A DNA stretch of 64,000 nucleotides, from contig OZ024741.1 of assembly GCA_964016885.1 (NCBI GenBank), positions 185,132,001 to 185,196,000 on the forward strand, written 5' to 3'. How positions within the stretch are numbered: the stretch's first letter is position 1; the number at the start of each line of letters is the position of its first letter. Positions 13,680 to 28,740 of this stretch are shown here, piece by piece. Source of the stretch: Eledone cirrhosa. Taxonomy: Eukaryota. The notes below the pieces were generated by a model. That model was not told the DNA's origin. It saw only the letters and a program-made list of their open reading frames with translations, and did no database searches. A program made the translations under genes and the position numbers.

Positions 13680-14300
13680 GACGAACCCACAACATACACA
13701 CGTCAACATACATACCTACAGCAGTATACATCCTACATATACTTCTATCCACATATAAATACAATGACATACGTAAACACACATGGTCTATGATGCAACA
13801 CAAATATACACAACTTTGCATACCTTTGATGTTTATAGATATACACGTGCCGACACGCACACATACACATACGCACACATGTAGTGCACAATGATGGGTG
13901 AATACATATTTGTACACAAATATCCCTTACGGCAGGGCCTAATGGATTCCCCTTGTAGTACGAACAATCTTGTTGTTATGACAATACTATACATCATTTC
14001 ACCTCTTTTTTTTATTAATGTTATTGATGTTCTTTTGAGAGAATCGTTTTTGCAAATGACTGAAAATATCGAATAATGTACACCATTTTTACCAGTACCA
14101 CAAAAATACTGGTCCATCCACACACACTCACACACACACACGCATGCACAAGCCTGTACTAACATACAGAAAGACATATACACACACACACACTTCTCCG
14201 TATAAGACAAGAGCTGAAAAATATGTTTCAACATGTTAAAATAACCCCCACCCCACACACACACGTACACACACATTTCTACTGACCGATTCATTTCCAT

Positions 14301-14485
14301 TGAATTGGCAGTATTGGTAGAGGGTTGGACGCCATGCTTTCTAGCATAGTTACGTCCCTTTACAGTCTGAGTTCAAATCCCGCCAAGGTTAACTTTGCCT
14401 TTCATCCATACGGGGTCGATAAAATAAAGTACCAGTAATGTACTGGGGAATTTGCTGGCCTTGTGCCTAAAGTAGAAACAATTAT
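14301..14485 (+). mobile_element. tRNA-derived SINE
   Basis: A-box-like tggcagtattggtag, B-box gagttcaaatccc, core gcctttcatcc..ggggtcgataaaataaagtaccag, tail gaaacaattat; many copies in window. Confidence 0.88.
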
Positions 14486-14505
14486 CACAACAATGAACCA
14501 CTTTG

Positions 14506-14543
<38 letters not shown>

Positions 14544-15167
14544 TTGTCTTAATAGACACCTTAACTGTTGACCTCTCAACATGACTGCAACCCAATCAAG
14601 CGGAAAAGGACACTCTTTGACAAACCTACATTTGGCGCGAAACCAGTTCGCGCTAAAATCAATTTAAACATTCACGTGACTTCTACCGACCAACCAAAAT
14701 TGTGTTGACTACTAGAATGTATGCAACACGAATTGGCGCGAAATTTATTGTGCTTATTGACGTGACATTCAACAACCAACCAAATCCTAATACCTTCCAA
14801 ACCACTTTTTTCACATAAAACGGGAAGAATTTCCAAAACTGATCAGATTAGAACAAAAATCACGAGCACTCTATCTCAAAATTATTTTTGAAATGCATAA
14901 GAAATGCGCAACCGGTAAAAACTTAAAACTAAAAGTGAATACTAACTAATACTTAATACTAATTTATACTTATTCCTAATTAAACTATTTTTCACTGGGA
15001 AAAGTTTGTCAGCATTTTCTTTTCCTTTTTACTAATATATATATATATGTATATATATATACATATATATATATATGTGTGTGTGTATATATATGTGTAT
15101 ATACATATATATATATGTATTTATTTATTTATTTATGTGTGTTTGTGTATATGTGTATGTGTGTGAG

Positions 15168-15222
<55 letters not shown>

Positions 15223-15298
15223 GTGTGTGGATATATATACATATATGTGTATATATATATGTGCGTGTGTATATATATATATATATGTATTTATATAT

Positions 15299-15895
15299 GT
15301 CGGGTCACACTTGAGTGCTACTGGTAACATGTAACCCAGTACAACCTGACGCATGGTCGGGTCGTCGGCAACTAAACCAGCAACCCCACCAAGTTTACTT
15401 GGTGAGGAGGGTGATTTTGGATACCCTGCAGGACAAAAAAACAAAACCTGACAAAGTGCGGAAGAACTCAAAAGAGTTAACGGCCATCCAAAAGTGTATA
15501 AATATGTATATATGAACATGTACATATGTATGCACATGTATATGGGTGCATGTGTGTGTATATGCGCGGGGACATAGAAATAGTCGGGCTGGACACCCGA
15601 TCGCGCGGTTAAACCACTGGGAGTGAAGGACCCCTAGACTTTGTCAGGGCATTCTTCTAGGAGAAGGCAACTCAGGAAACTGGGATGACTCCGATATAAA
15701 ACATGCGGCCCAGTAGTTACCGATGATGTTGATCTTTTCTTCTTTTCGGGTTAGAGAGTGGGATTGGCTCAGTGCAGTCTTTCCACACTTTAAAAAATAT
15801 CTTCACACACAGGCATTGCACGATAGAATTAATTAATAATTATTAATAATGGTATATCGTGCAATGGCCATACTCGATAAGGAGGGGTCAGCCAT
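15299..15895 (+). mobile_element. Dispersed non-coding repeat, copy 3 (most complete)
   Basis: Microsatellite on both sides; colinear with reverse complement of 63164-63693; motif ttgtcagggca..ctaggagaaggcaactc recalls RTE-clade 5' UTRs. Confidence 0.75.
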
Positions 15896-15901
15896 CATAT
15901 A

Positions 15902-15934
<33 letters not shown>

Positions 15935-16096
15935 GCTTATATACGTATATACACACACACATATATATATATATATAATTATATATATATATGTATGTAT
16001 GTATATATATATTTATATATATATATATAATTATATATATATATATGTATGTATACGATATTAAACAAATGGAAACTATATTTATAAAACTATATT

Positions 16097-16162
16097 TATT
16101 TCATGATACATATTTCAGGGATACCATATTAAAAATATGGCATGCCTTCGTCAGATAAAATA
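16097..16162 (-). ncRNA. Type I hammerhead ribozyme motif (family A)
   Basis: Minus: tattttat CTGACGA aggcatgccatat..atatggtatccct GAAA tatgta TC atgaaata; family tail at 16495-16587. Confidence 0.75.
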
Positions 16163-16604
16163 CAATATATAAACAGTTTTAGAAATAATTTTGACGTACC
16201 ATATTATAAGCGACCATTATATTAGGAAGCTGTCTGGAAAGTAATTTGTTTATAACTATTTAGTTAAAGTGTTAAGCACAGTTAGAAAAAAGACGGAGAG
16301 AAAGAAGAAACGGAGGTAAAGAAAAAACAGAGAGAGAGAGAGGGGAGAGAAAAGAAGAGAGAGAAAAAAGAAACAAGAAAGAAATAAGAGAGGCAAACGA
16401 AAGCAACAGATAAATAATAATTCATCATGCATATAGAGAAACTCAAGAGAGAGGGAGTACTATATATAGAGAGAAGGATAATAATTATTTAGTTATAGTG
16501 TTAAGCACAAAATCTTGTCGAGTGCTTTATATCAGTTATAAAATATTTACTTGTTGTAACCCAACAATTTTAAATAAAAATGTTTGCATATATGTATGCA
16601 TATA

Positions 16605-16666
<62 letters not shown>

Positions 16667-16685
16667 CATACATACATACATATAT

Positions 16686-17436
16686 TTACAGAAAAAGTTG
16701 TGCATGGATACTTGAGGCGTAAAACACAGACCATAGAGGGGATAAACCACTCAAAAAGCCTGGCATGGAGTTCCGACAAGTTTATGACATCACACCTTGA
16801 GGGATATCTCTATGCAATACCGGAACAAGAACTCCCTAACAAATATCTGCTGCACAAAAGAGGAGGGCCAGCAGCTGACAATAAATGTTGGCTATGTAAA
16901 ACAAAGATCGAGGATGTAAGCCACATTGTTGCCAGCTGCGAAAGAATGTCATCTCGCTACTACCTCCCCATAAGACACGATGGGATAGCTATTCGGAAAA
17001 CAAAATTAACAACAAACGAGGAAGAATATATTGAGACAGATGGCACTAAGGAATACTGATGGAACCTGAAAATAAAAACTGCCACCAAATTAAAGCACAA
17101 CCGGTCTGATATTGTTGTTTGGGACCACACATGGAAAACGTGTTCTGTTGTGGAGATCAGCTGCCTACTTGAAGTAAACGTTGTCAGAAAAATACAGGAG
17201 AAGGAGGACATCTACGGACCATTGATGAGGTGTTTACAAATCCAGTATCCAATATACACCTTTAGCTTCATACCCATCATTATTGGAGCTACGGGTTATA
17301 TACCAACCCGCTTGGACCAAAGTATGACTGAACTTGGATTTGCGGACAAAAAGCGCAGACCCTAATTCATAGTCTACAAATGACTGCGATAGCTGGCACC
17401 TTCAAAATTTGCAAAACATTCTTGCGTTTCAAAGGA
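16686..17436 (+). mobile_element. R4/Dong-like non-LTR retrotransposon 3' fragment (CCHC + restriction-like endonuclease)
   Basis: [21 protein letters not shown], then HNRSDIVVWD..VVEIS...KEDIYGPL..IPIIIGATG; stops present; preceded by (TA)n. Confidence 0.85.
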
Positions 17437-17691
17437 TGACAATTTCTTTTCTTTTACAACCTTGCCACCAGGAAGGTGGCTGGTCAAAAAAAATATACTC
17501 GAAATTAAGAGAAAGAGATAACATACATACATACATATATATGTATGTATGCATTGGTGATACTCGAAAGCGAGTCGTTAACCGTGAAACAATGTAGTCG
17601 TTTTTGTTCATGTGTATGTAGCTATGTATTTGTGGTGGTGTGTGGAGTTTCTTTATGCATCACGTGAACACGCACACACACACTCACACAC

Positions 17692-17732
17692 AGATGTGAA
17701 GTGAACTTTTGCACCAGGAAAAATGATAAGTT

Positions 17733-17766
<34 letters not shown>

Positions 17767-17806
17767 AATTTATCATTTTTCCTGGTGCAAAAGTTCACTT
17801 CACATC
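17692..17806. repeat. Inverted repeat centred on (TA)n
   Basis: agatgtgaagtgaacttttgcaccagg...ttcgga (TA)n tccgaa...cctggtgcaaaagttcacttcacatct. Confidence 0.9.
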
Positions 17807-18560
17807 TTTACATTTTCTCTCTGACGAGATCCATATAATATGTATAAAATTAAATACTGGACTTGCTATGTTCCAGTAAAACCTTGATGCTCGTGCCACA
17901 GCATGGGCACACTTCAATGCCTGGAACAAAGAAAAGACTACAAAAATCACGTAAGCCAGATTATATGTGAGACGAATATCGTTTATCCTAGACAGATAAA
18001 TCTATATATGCCCTGGAAAAATATACATTTACATGGGAATTTACTCAAGAACAACCGTTACTGATTCAACATACTCGTATTACATAATTATTATTTCCAG
18101 ACAGGAAATACGAGAGAAAAATATCTATATTAATGGGAGTAGATAACCGGACATAACATTCCAAAGCCATAATATCAGAAATGTTAGAATCTTCTCTTGA
18201 GATTTAAAATGGAAGTGCGATTTATTTATATTTTGCATTAAAAATATATAAGGAAATGCAAACTGGCAAATATATAAAAGCATTAAAAGGAAATAAAACA
18301 AGAGAAGAAAATATAAAAAAATAAATAAATAAGTAGTAAAGATACAATGTTAATTATGGATGATGATTAACGTAAACACTCGTAAAGACACTTCTACATC
18401 TTATATATACATATACATGCGTATAACCATCATAGCCTCTGTCGTTTTTCTTTTGGTTAATCCCCTTATCGTTCTCTCGCTCTTTGTCTCTCTATCTCTC
18501 ACTCTCTCTATCTCTACCTCTCTCTCTCTCCTTCTCTCTCTTTCTCTCTTTCTCTCTCTT

Positions 18561-18594
<34 letters not shown>

Positions 18595-18606
18595 TATATA
18601 TATATG

Positions 18607-18737
<131 letters not shown>

Positions 18738-19177
18738 ATATATGAGTTCATGTATGTATGTGTGTATGTATGTTCGTATGTATGTATCTCATGATAGCTA
18801 ATATTAAATTCTTGAGAGTACAAATAGCTTCCAGCCAAACTCAAATCCGATATTACGCAAATTAGGATATCTGAACGAAAAACCACTAATGTTTCCAACA
18901 GCATGTGAAATAGATGAGACTACACCAAGTTCTCAATATCAATATTATCTAAAACTACATAAAGATCAACTTTCATGCATATGGTAACAAGTATAAGGAA
19001 ACGAAAAATAGTGCAAAACTTCTGAAACTAGACAAGCGATTAGAAACATTAGCTAAATGAGAAATACTTGTATCAATTTGAACTACAAAGGTAATTTTCA
19101 TATCACACTAGATACAGGTTTATTAACTAGATACAGGTTTATTAAAAGAAAAATTCAAATAACTTAAAGCAATTACA

Positions 19178-19245
19178 TTCTTCTTCTTCTTCTTCTTCTT
19201 CTTCTTCTTCTTCTTCTTCTTCTTCTTCTTCTTCTTCTTCTTCTT
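19178..19245. repeat. (TTC)n microsatellite
   Basis: Direct; another at 59432-59540. Confidence 0.95.
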
Positions 19246-20122
19246 GCCGATCTAGTTGATCATGTCGATCTCATCAATACTCCTTCGGGCCGCGGCGCGG
19301 ACACTGTTATCTTGTCTAAAATAATAAGACTGTCACTTGCTTATTTAATAAGTATAAAAACAAGAATACATTTCGACCTTCTGATTTTGATGTTATAATC
19401 TACCCTTTAATTTCTTATTTCTTATAGATCATCTCTTTCGTCTCTGTAAATTCCAATGAAGGACTAGGAACTGAAACGTTATTGCAATATTAGTGTATTT
19501 TTTCAGGTTTATACACACACATTCAATATACGCCCTACAGACATTCCTCATAAGTAGGGAATGTACAGTTTGCAAATAGGGAATAAACAAGCAATAAATG
19601 TCCCAACTTGTTGCATTCTCTCACGGACACATCCCATAAATATATATATTCATTTAGAAAATGTAGGAATCTCAAATGCCAACGGAGTTGTTTTCCGCCC
19701 ATAGGTTATTATACCTGATTTTTCTAAACCATTATTTATAGCAATCGACTGTTGTTGCAGTTATTTTCTGTGTTTGGAATTCATAGATATTCTAAATGAA
19801 TTTCAAATTACTCAACAATCCGATAGAAGATTGTTTACTTAAAAATCTCTTTAGTAGAGCGACATATTTAAGAGGTGTCTCTTATTTAGTGATTAAAGGA
19901 CTCGGTTGGAATTCAAGAGATACAGAGTTAGATTCTCTGTAGCGGATGCTGGTCAATATATTTCTGTCGAAAGGGATATTTTACTCGATTCTATTTACTA
20001 ATATTTATGGCAATCGACTGTTGATTCAGTTAGTTTCTACGTTTGTGGTTCCTATATATTCTAGATTAATTTCAAATTACCTAGCGCACCAATACAATGC
20101 TCCTTCTCTCTCTCTTTCGCAC

Positions 20123-20203
<81 letters not shown>

Positions 20204-20871
20204 GTGTGTGTGTTTGTGTGTCTGTGTGTGTGTTGGTTGGTGTATTTCGATGAGCAACCATCAATTCACATGCGTGTGTTCCTTCACACATTCACACACA
20301 TACTCACATTGATGAATGAACCTGTGTGAGTGGACTTTCATAGATGTAAGAGCGACTGAATGTGTATTGTCTGTTCCTCTACACTCGAGTCATTCTGCAC
20401 GCTTGCATTTTTTCATATAAGACTTTTTAAGTTTTCATGTCTATCTGTCCAACAGTTGATAAGATGGCAGTTCTCTCTCCGAGCAAGAATCACAGAACTT
20501 TAGAACGAAAAATTTAATTATTCCACAACAAAACCAATAAGTCATGCAGTTACCGATTGTGCGCAAAGAAAGCATAAATAATAGTTTTGGATGGTGGTTG
20601 TGATGGTGGTCCAGGTTGTTGGTCTTGGTGGGAATTCTGTATTTTTCTTCTCGTTGGGAATGTTTCGTAAATTACATTAGAATAACAATAATAGAATTTC
20701 TGGAATAACTTTAAAGAACGGTAAACCACAAAGAAAAAATGTTTCCAGGCATCACGTGATTACTGAGAAATGTATTCAGACTGTAGATAAAATGTGTTCG
20801 TTAAAATGGATTGGAGCCAAGAGGGTCAATTCTCTATAGACGTATCTTGTGCTAAGGTGTGTGCAGAGAGA

Positions 20872-20919
<48 letters not shown>

Positions 20920-20972
20920 CGCACACACACACACACACACAATACACGCACATATACACGCACGCACGCGCG

Positions 20973-21005
<33 letters not shown>

Positions 21006-21484
21006 GAGTATCTATGAATGTATGTGTGAGTGTGGGGTGGGTGTGTGCGTGCGAGTGTGTTTGTGTGCCAGCTTGTGGTTGCATGCATAATTCTACACAC
21101 ATAGGATTTCATTATGACATACAATTTTGGAATAAGATTCATCTTACTCTATGAGTTTATTAAATTAATATTGTTCTTCGAAAGCATCGTTGGGGAATGA
21201 GATCGAATGCCCTCACGAAAAAGAATCTTACTTTATTCCATTTTTACCATATAACATATTCAATTATAATTAAATGTCAAATGTCAACAGGCTTCCGGCT
21301 TCAACCAGTCATCTAACGACGTTTGATTCTCCAGTTATTCATCGATCACTTAGCACGCGCACACATACATGCATGCATACACACACATACGCACACACGC
21401 GCGCACACGCGCACACACACACACATATATATATTATATGTATGTATGCATATAGATATCGTTTCCAGTGTCTGACTGCCTCAT

Positions 21485-21544
21485 TATATATATATATATT
21501 TATATATTATACATACATCAACATATATATATATACATGTATAC

Positions 21545-21605
<61 letters not shown>

Positions 21606-21610
21606 TACAT

Positions 21611-21644
<34 letters not shown>

Positions 21645-21656
21645 ACATATATACAT

Positions 21657-21727
<71 letters not shown>

Positions 21728-21751
21728 TATATATATATATGTATACATGTA

Positions 21752-21784
<33 letters not shown>

Positions 21785-21786
21785 GT

Positions 21787-21871
<85 letters not shown>

Positions 21872-21902
21872 CATGTATATATATACATATATATATGTAT
21901 AC

Positions 21903-21988
<86 letters not shown>

Positions 21989-21990
21989 TG
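21485..21990. repeat. Long interrupted (TA)n tract (representative of dozens in the window)
   Basis: Direct. Confidence 0.95.
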
Positions 21991-22339
21991 TGTGTGTATT
22001 ACACATTTATATATAAAAATATAGTGAATTTGCATTTTGCTGGACTCACTGGTTTTATGCATCACGTTTTCACTCAATATCGACAGTTTGAGAATTACAT
22101 CCGAAGTGTTCTTCATGTTCCCTTAAATAGAATACCCCAGGTTATATTTGTACACACACACACACACACACACAAACACATGTATATATATATATATATT
22201 GATAGATAGATAGATATATGTGTGCGCGCGAGTTTGTGTGTGTGTATGTGTGTTTGTGTCTGTGTCAGTGTGTATGTACATATTGCATACATATATGCAC
22301 ACAAATGTGCATATATAATGATATATGATTTAAAAGACT

Positions 22340-22422
<83 letters not shown>

Positions 22423-24074
22423 GTCGGAGCGCATATCACCGCCATTAATAACATTTTACAGGACATATTTATTAATTTATTTAATTATTTGTGTTTTCAT
22501 TGTACTATGTATTTTTTCTTCTGTATGTGTGATCGTGTGTCCAACGTATGCAAGTGAATTAATAAAAGTAAAATTTAATACATGAATAACGAATAATATA
22601 GGCATGGTTCAAATTTAATTTTTGCCGTAGCGTACAATGATCAAATTTCATGAAAACTCTTCCCTTTTAACTTCCATCATACATTAAAATACAAGACAGA
22701 GTCTCAATATACGGTAGTATGCATCCCCTAACCCATGATGTTTGGTCAGGATTTATAGATCATATCAGTTAAAGTCTCATTTTATTGTAAGAGTTACATA
22801 CATTACGTCATATTATGACGGAGTAGATTTTTTTTTGTATAATACGATGTAGAGATATCGCTTTGTCATAAGTGGTTATGTAGTGGTTCACTATAATGCA
22901 TTGGTTAGAGTTCATGATAAGTTATGATTCAGTCTAACAAGTGACCGTATAGAGTGGTAGCGGCTTGCATTCCAATACATAGAGTGTGGCAAGTCCCTTT
23001 GAATGCAGCAAGACAGTGGAGTGATTAGAATTTTTCATGATTTTGGCTGTTGGGGCGCAATATATGGGATAACTTTCCTCATACATTTTTTAAAAATTCA
23101 AGCATAATCACAGTGAAAATCCTTCTAATTATAACTGAGCCAATCACAGCAAATAAATTCTCTAGTCTACGAAGTAGTCCACCGTTGTACAGTTAATATT
23201 AATTACTTTTATTTATCTTTCAGTAGACATACCACACATCTAATAAAAATAATAAACATTCCACCAACATACTAATTCAATACAAAAGCCAATGAAATGT
23301 CAACTACATTTTTATCAACATACATTTGGAATTTAAAGGACACTAATATATCTTTTTATATTTCGTGAAATATTTTGCTTTTTGCCCAACCATAACTACA
23401 ACGGAAAGCAATGTCAACTCTCCATCATCGAAAATATGGAATACTGCTTTCTAAAGTACAATTATTAAATGGACTGAAGTAATTTCCCATTCTAAAAGCA
23501 TGAAATCACAGAAAAAAAAACAAACAAACAAGTGAAATCTATTTATTTTTCTAATATTGTGTTGCCCGACAGACGCTTCACTATTATTTATACACCTCTT
23601 ATATTTATCAAATCATCTGTATACTGGCTTACCTTCAATCTAAATGAATATTTAAAGGAATACATTTATTTGCAAATAACTCAACTCCGTTTACTTGAAT
23701 TTGTATTTTGTCTCACTATATATATATATATACACAATACATATTTATCACTTTGTAAGACAGGTATTTCTATTTATTGATAGACAGTGAATTTTCTTTC
23801 TTTGTGCACAAACTCTTTGTTTACAAGTGCGTCCATCAATGGCTTTGTAAATGCAAAGATTAAATTATGTGTATATGATAACGCTTATATATAAGCAACT
23901 AAAAAAGGTGGTACGATTTATCATCTAAATAATGCATTTTGTAATCTATCATGTCTTGCGTATATGTTGCTTTCTATAAAACTATTGGTATATGTGTTTA
24001 TATATATACGCCCATGTACGCGTGTTTTTCTAATAAACACACGTGTACACACACAAACGCATTATTGTATATAA

Positions 24075-24174
24075 GAGGTTGACTTTGCCTTTCATCCTTA
24101 CGGGGTCGATAAAATAAAGTACCAGTAATGCACTGGGTAATTGCTGGCCTTGTGCCTAAAGTAGAAACAATTAT
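24075..24174 (+). mobile_element. 5'-truncated tRNA-SINE with target-site duplication
   Basis: Flanked by attattgtatataa(gagg) at 24061 and 24170. Confidence 0.85.
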
Positions 24175-24442
24175 TGTATATAAGAGGAATTAAACTTTAT
24201 ATATGGTGAATACAGCAAGATTTGGACGTGAGTCTACGTGTGAAAGCTTTCGATTCCAGAGTCAGGAACGAACATAATCGATCATTCCTCGAGCTGATCG
24301 GCAGTGAAACATGTAATATATTATTAAACATGTATATAATGCAACATTGATTCTTCGTTCCCTAATTATTATCATTGATACTCTGCTCCCCAAAGGCATA
24401 TGGCATGTGAACACAAACAAATTGCACCCTGAGTACTACATA

Positions 24443-24476
<34 letters not shown>

Positions 24477-24482
<6 letters not shown>

Positions 24483-24858
24483 ATGCTTTGAGAGGGTCAT
24501 GTTGCGAATAAGAAACACACGCACCAGTTGCTTTCATTTCAATTTATTATAATACATTTATAAATTTAGGAATTTATAAATTTCCGGTTGGTTGGTTGGT
24601 TCCACAACCAGATGGTTGTTTATATATTGTCAAAGTTCTTTCGTCACACATTATGTGACCTCTTCAGTGACTGGGGATTCTTTTCTTTGTTTTTGTGCCT
24701 CTCCTTTGTTCTGTCCTACGCCATCTTGTTTCTGTGTGTGGCGTAGGACTGGTGCGTGTGTTTCTTATTGGCAACATGACCCTCCCAAAGTATAACAATA
24801 TCGGTTTCAACACACGTTTTCAGATAAAGAATCTTACTAAACAAATTCAGAAACGAAA
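24477..24858. mobile_element. Fold-back solo-pLTR-like element (family D)
   Basis: Inverted arms 24477-24530 and ~24748-24801, tail to 24858; same ends as 56046-56676; (TA)n on both sides. Confidence 0.78.
24629..24671 (-). ncRNA. Minimal type I hammerhead motif
   Basis: Minus: gtca CTGAAGA ggtcacataatgtgtgac GAAA gaac TT tgac; very short stem III. Confidence 0.65.
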
Positions 24859-24865
24859 TATATAT

Positions 24866-24897
<32 letters not shown>

Positions 24898-25183
24898 GTA
24901 TAATTATAATTTCATACACTTAACATAAAAGCGTGACCTTAAGATTCAGGATTGACCTCGCAGTGGGCACCAAGACGAATTGTTATAATTTTGTCCTGGC
25001 ACCGGATGAGGGGGCAGTATTGAAACGGCTCCTCTACTATACAGTGTTGGCCATAACTGAATCCCGAAACCTAAGTTTGCGCATACATTTTAAGTGTATG
25101 AATTTATTATTATACTAAATAAGCTTACTTGTAATAGATAGAGCATTGGCTTTTCATCTACGGATATTCTCTGTACACAAATT

Positions 25184-25380
<197 letters not shown>

Positions 25381-26213
25381 ATCATATACATTCACACACT
25401 TGCATATCTACCTCTATGATAATTTTTATTTTTATGTATAATATTGTGCACGTACAATCTGCTTATTCGTTTGAAATTACTCACTGGAACCTTTTAGCTA
25501 GATATCCTACCTACTATTCTATCTTATTACATCAATTATATTCAAACCACAACCATTTTCTATCGTTCCGTCTCTTTTCATATCTAAAGCTAGATGAAAT
25601 TAAATGTGACGTTCCTCCACTATATCACATTTTGCTGCTCAAGGAATTAATATTACATGTTCAGACATATCGTTTTCATGAAGATTTTCAAATCCTCCTT
25701 TAGAATTTTTATTGTGCCTTCTTTATTGTTAAAGTGTTCATTGGATTGTTATATATTTTTATACATTTATTTTCATATTTTAATTAGAAACTGGTAAGCA
25801 TTAAAGGAGTTACGACTGCTGTACAGTTTGTGCATAAAAGATATATTTTCATTTTACGTATTTTGTGTATAATTTCAATTACATTTTCAACTTAAATATA
25901 TTAACAATGAAACCACAGTAATTTGAATATGCAGAACGTGAAGCAACTAATTCTCCCAAATGTTTATGCACATCAAATGCAAACGAAATACACGTATAAA
26001 ATACATTTACAATAGCTTTAAGCAACATAGCCCTAGTTTCAGATTTCAAAATAAATAAGCATCGCTGTGTGGTCAATGAATCTTTTCTCAACGTCGAGGT
26101 TTCGGGTTCATCTCCTTCGCGTAATACCTTAATCAAGTGTCTTCTAAAATAGCCTTGTGTTGTCCAATATTTCGTTAGTGAATTTGGTTAATGAAAACTG
26201 TGTGAAAGTCCGT

Positions 26214-26246
<33 letters not shown>

Positions 26247-26256
26247 CATATATATA

Positions 26257-26440
26257 ACGAAGGAAATGTGGTAAGGAACCAGGTGGACCATAACGCACCA
26301 AAGTACTCAATACTTAGGGTAGTATAGTGGGTAATAGGAACGAGTAGGACCCCGACGGCTGAGCTGAAGCCGTTTCGACGGCTAATTCTAGAATTAGCCG
26401 TCGAAACGGCTTGAGCTCAGCCGTCGGGGTCCTACTCGTT

Positions 26441-26444
<4 letters not shown>
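26257..26444. mobile_element. Mini fold-back element (family E) with HHR 3' halves
   Basis: Palindrome 26333-26444 centred on aattctagaatt; arms read GAAA cggct..agccg TC gggg; tail shared with 31221-31299 and 45761-45878. Confidence 0.72.
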
Positions 26445-26537
<93 letters not shown>

Positions 26538-26639
26538 TGTATATATATATATATATATATATGCATATATATATATGTATATATATATATATGTATATAT
26601 ACATATATACATATATACATATATATATATACATATATA

Positions 26640-26766
<127 letters not shown>

Positions 26767-28116
26767 ATGTGTGTGTGCGCGTGCATGTGTGTGTGAGTGT
26801 ACGTGTGCTTTTTTATTTAGTTTGTGAGCGAAGTGAAGTTACATGACAACTATCTAAGTTTTAGAATACTGAAGGGCATGAGTATTAATGGTATCCTTAA
26901 GCATGAGTCCTGAAATGACTTCCTGCAACAGAGTAGACTCTGCGAAAGTCACCTATGTGCCAAGTTGTTGTTTTAATAACAATGGCCCAGTAAATCTCCC
27001 ATTTATACAAATCACGCAATCATGCGAACACAAATGCCAAAGAGCTGGAACAAATAACGCGGGGCATGTTGTTTGATATTTTAACACCGATTTACCATTC
27101 AGATTTGATACTTTATTTTAACTACCCTTGAAAGAATGAAAGGCAAAATTGTCCTAAGCTGAATTTGTACTCAGAATGCAGAGACCTGGAACAAATACAG
27201 TAAATGTTTTGTCATACAATTTAATAACTAGCAAAAAGTAATTTAGATGTCAGAAAGTTCAGTTGCATTGTAGAGTTAAAAGCCCTAATTTCTTCGTAAA
27301 ACGTCCTTCGACAGAGAGTAATGGCTGTAGGAAATGTTCCTCGATTTCTTGATTTTACGGTAATACATGACGGCTGATTTGGTAGTTTTGTATTAATGGA
27401 ATTAGTTATATTAAGAAAAAAAACAAAACAAAAAAAACACGGTCAATGTTATGGTTGTGTTGGTCGGTGTGTGCTGTTTCTGCTGTGTTGTATATGTGCT
27501 GTGGTGTGTGGCACGTGCAATGGGAGGTGGTGTGCGTGATGCATTGTGGTGGGATATAGTGAAGTGTATACGGGAGAGGAACCATAAACAACGTTCATTT
27601 ACTCAAATGGTATTGAAAATAATCAATGCTAATTAGGAATAAACTAAAGAAAATAACAAAAAATAAAGATGGAAAAAATAAAATACGATAAATGTATTTA
27701 ATGACAGTTAAAAAATTCTTGACAAATTGACTAACAACTACAACAACAAAAGCAATAGCAACAAGAATAATTATAATGAAAACACCCATCTCCCTGTTCG
27801 CTCTATGCCCTTGCATAGTGCCTGAGTTTTACTGTTTCTTCTCCACAGGAATCAATTTTCAGGCAATGTTAATTGTAATATAATTGCTAATGGTACTGCC
27901 AACATTTTTGCACATATTTGCATAATGATGCCTTCACGAATTTAAAGGACTAATGGAATTATACAAAGGGGACGATGTATGTATGTATATATGTTTGTTT
28001 GTATCACATGTGTTTGTGCGTATGTATGTAAAAAAATATGTATATATATATATATGTATATATGAATGTATGAATGTATATATGTACGTGCATGTATATA
28101 TATATGTATAAATATG

Positions 28117-28179
<63 letters not shown>

Positions 28180-28343
28180 GTGTGTGTGTGTGAACATGTT
28201 TATTTATACATATATAGAAGCTTCTATCTATTCACTGATGGAGATGTACAAAAGCTAATTGCATTAAAACTTTATTTAATTGTGTTATCAAAATTACTAC
28301 CCCTACTTCATCACCATCACCATCGCTTCCACTACCAACGCTT

Positions 28344-28540
<197 letters not shown>

Positions 28541-28740
28541 ACTACTATTTCAGAATAATTAGGATTTCGTAGGTCAGCTTATGAAAAATTAGATTGAATT
28601 TACACGAGATCATGACAGGTACATATTATAGCAACAGTGAACAAATCAACAGCGCATGGTTAGATACCATCGAGATTTGAGCTCAAATTTTGACTGCACA
28701 AAATTATAATGATTTCTTATATTACTGCCTATAATAATGC

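Noticed and set aside
14301-14385. tRNA gene
   Set aside because: A and B boxes present but no cloverleaf; it is the head of a multi-copy SINE.
15299-15420. HDV-like or twister ribozyme at the 5' end of the dispersed repeat
   Set aside because: Could not satisfy P1/P2/P3 order or twister core motifs by eye.
20749-20856. Possible host exon (ttccag...aag|gtgtgt)
   Set aside because: Stops in all three frames and no recognisable protein. Small exons elsewhere cannot be excluded without RNA-seq.
24985-25085. Degenerate HHR-like motifs here and near 3050, 19455, 45180, 48445, 50785 and 56880
   Set aside because: Core mutated or missing, or stems unpaired; not counted among the 18.
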